64,000 nt of DNA from Antedon mediterranea. Its lineage: Eukaryota > Animalia > Echinodermata. This document shows, in pieces, positions 62,961 to 64,000 of the stretch. Each line of letters starts with the position of its first letter. The stretch's first letter is position 1. The DNA lies in NCBI RefSeq assembly GCF_964355755.1, contig NC_092675.1, positions 3,095,812 to 3,159,811 of the forward strand. The letters run 5' to 3'. The notes under the pieces are model-generated. The model did not search any database and was not told the origin of the DNA. It saw only the letters and a list, made by a program, of their open reading frames with translations. Made by a program: the position numbers and the translations under genes.

Positions 62961-63694
62961 AGAGTAGACCATGGCTCAGTGGTTAACATGCTTGAATTAT
63001 AATCTCATAAGGCAATTTTAATGATATTAAAGTGACCAGTAATCGAGTAAAGATATCATAAATCACAATGCAAATGTAAGTACATTTATATCCAAGCCAT
63101 ACAGCACAAAGAGCTATGGTTAACACCTCATACCCAGTAGTATAAGAAGTGAGTGTGAAATTCCCCTGTATGGATTCTGGTATATTGCTGGCTAGCATTG
63201 GATTATTGTATGTTTTAATACTGTAGTTAAATGCCTGTACAAAAGATTTGTACACTAATGAGACAAGCTATTGCTTCTGGTGCGGGCCCCAGTTGTTGTC
63301 ATAACAACTGAATAAATGTGTATATGAATGAATGAAAAAACATTGTAAACTTGTAAACATTTGAAAAATAACATTGAATTTTTAATACTGTACGTCTAAC
63401 TAGGACTCCCAGCATACATTTCATTAAACTTTCCCAGCTTAAATTAAAGTTCATTTCACACTGTATAGCAATAACTATAGCAATGACCTACTGTAAACCA
63501 GTATTGATAAGGTGGTCTTCTACTGTAGCATAATTTTCATAAGGGCTTTTCCCAGCTGAAATTAAAGTTCATTTCACACTGTTAATGTCAGAAAGATGTG
63601 CACATGTGTTACAAATCTTGTAATTTGTTGGCTTTTCATACTGTAATGTACATATAAAGGTTTGACATTTGTTTAGTCAACTACAGTACCATCA

Positions 63695-64000
63695 ATTTAG
63701 CTTGAATTGAGTCCAATTACTGTACCAACTTAGTAGACAAATCTATAACTACTGCTGCTTATCTGAATTGAGTCAACTACCAAGTTAGTAGAAAAATCTA
63801 CTAGCTGCTATAGTAGTCTGAATTGAGTCAACTACCAAGTTGGAAGAATAATCTGCTGCTGCTATAGTAGTCTGAATTGAGTCAACTACCAAGTTGGAAG
63901 AAAAATCTACTAGCTGCTATAGTAGTCTGAATTGAGTCAACTACCAAGTTGGAAGAATAACCTACTGCTGCTATAGTAGTCTGAATTGAGTCAACTACCA
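63695..64000. repeat. ~54-bp tandem repeat running off the window end
   Basis: TAGTAGTCTGAATTGAGTCAACTACCAAGTTGGAAGA... repeated at least 5 times. Confidence 0.9.

Overview
AT-rich eukaryotic (metazoan, probably marine-invertebrate) genomic DNA with spliceosomal GT-AG introns. I reconstructed three protein-coding genes by hand. (1) A complete 4-exon, ~456-aa synaptotagmin-family gene (+, 4837-15167) whose C2 domains lack most Ca2+-binding aspartates. (2) A complete 13-exon, ~483-aa PDIA3/ERp57 gene (-, 33097-22107) with two WCGHC sites, C-terminal KTEL and a 22-nt microexon. (3) The last five exons of mitochondrial ribosomal protein S11 (-, 62555-42720). Also present: three tRNA-Val(AAC) genes, a 5S-derived SINE, tRNA-derived SINEs, RTE-LINE remnants, many PIF/Harbinger-like MITEs and several minisatellites. 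Most notable are three paralogous H/ACA snoRNA candidates in PDIA3 introns, with a pocket matching 5.8S rRNA U73. One copy sits inside a MITE, apparently captured from another intron; the same flank-capture pattern recurs at an MRPS11 exon end. There are also two minimal Penelope-type hammerhead ribozymes, one sense-oriented in an MRPS11 intron. All calls are by eye; no searches or folding programs were run.
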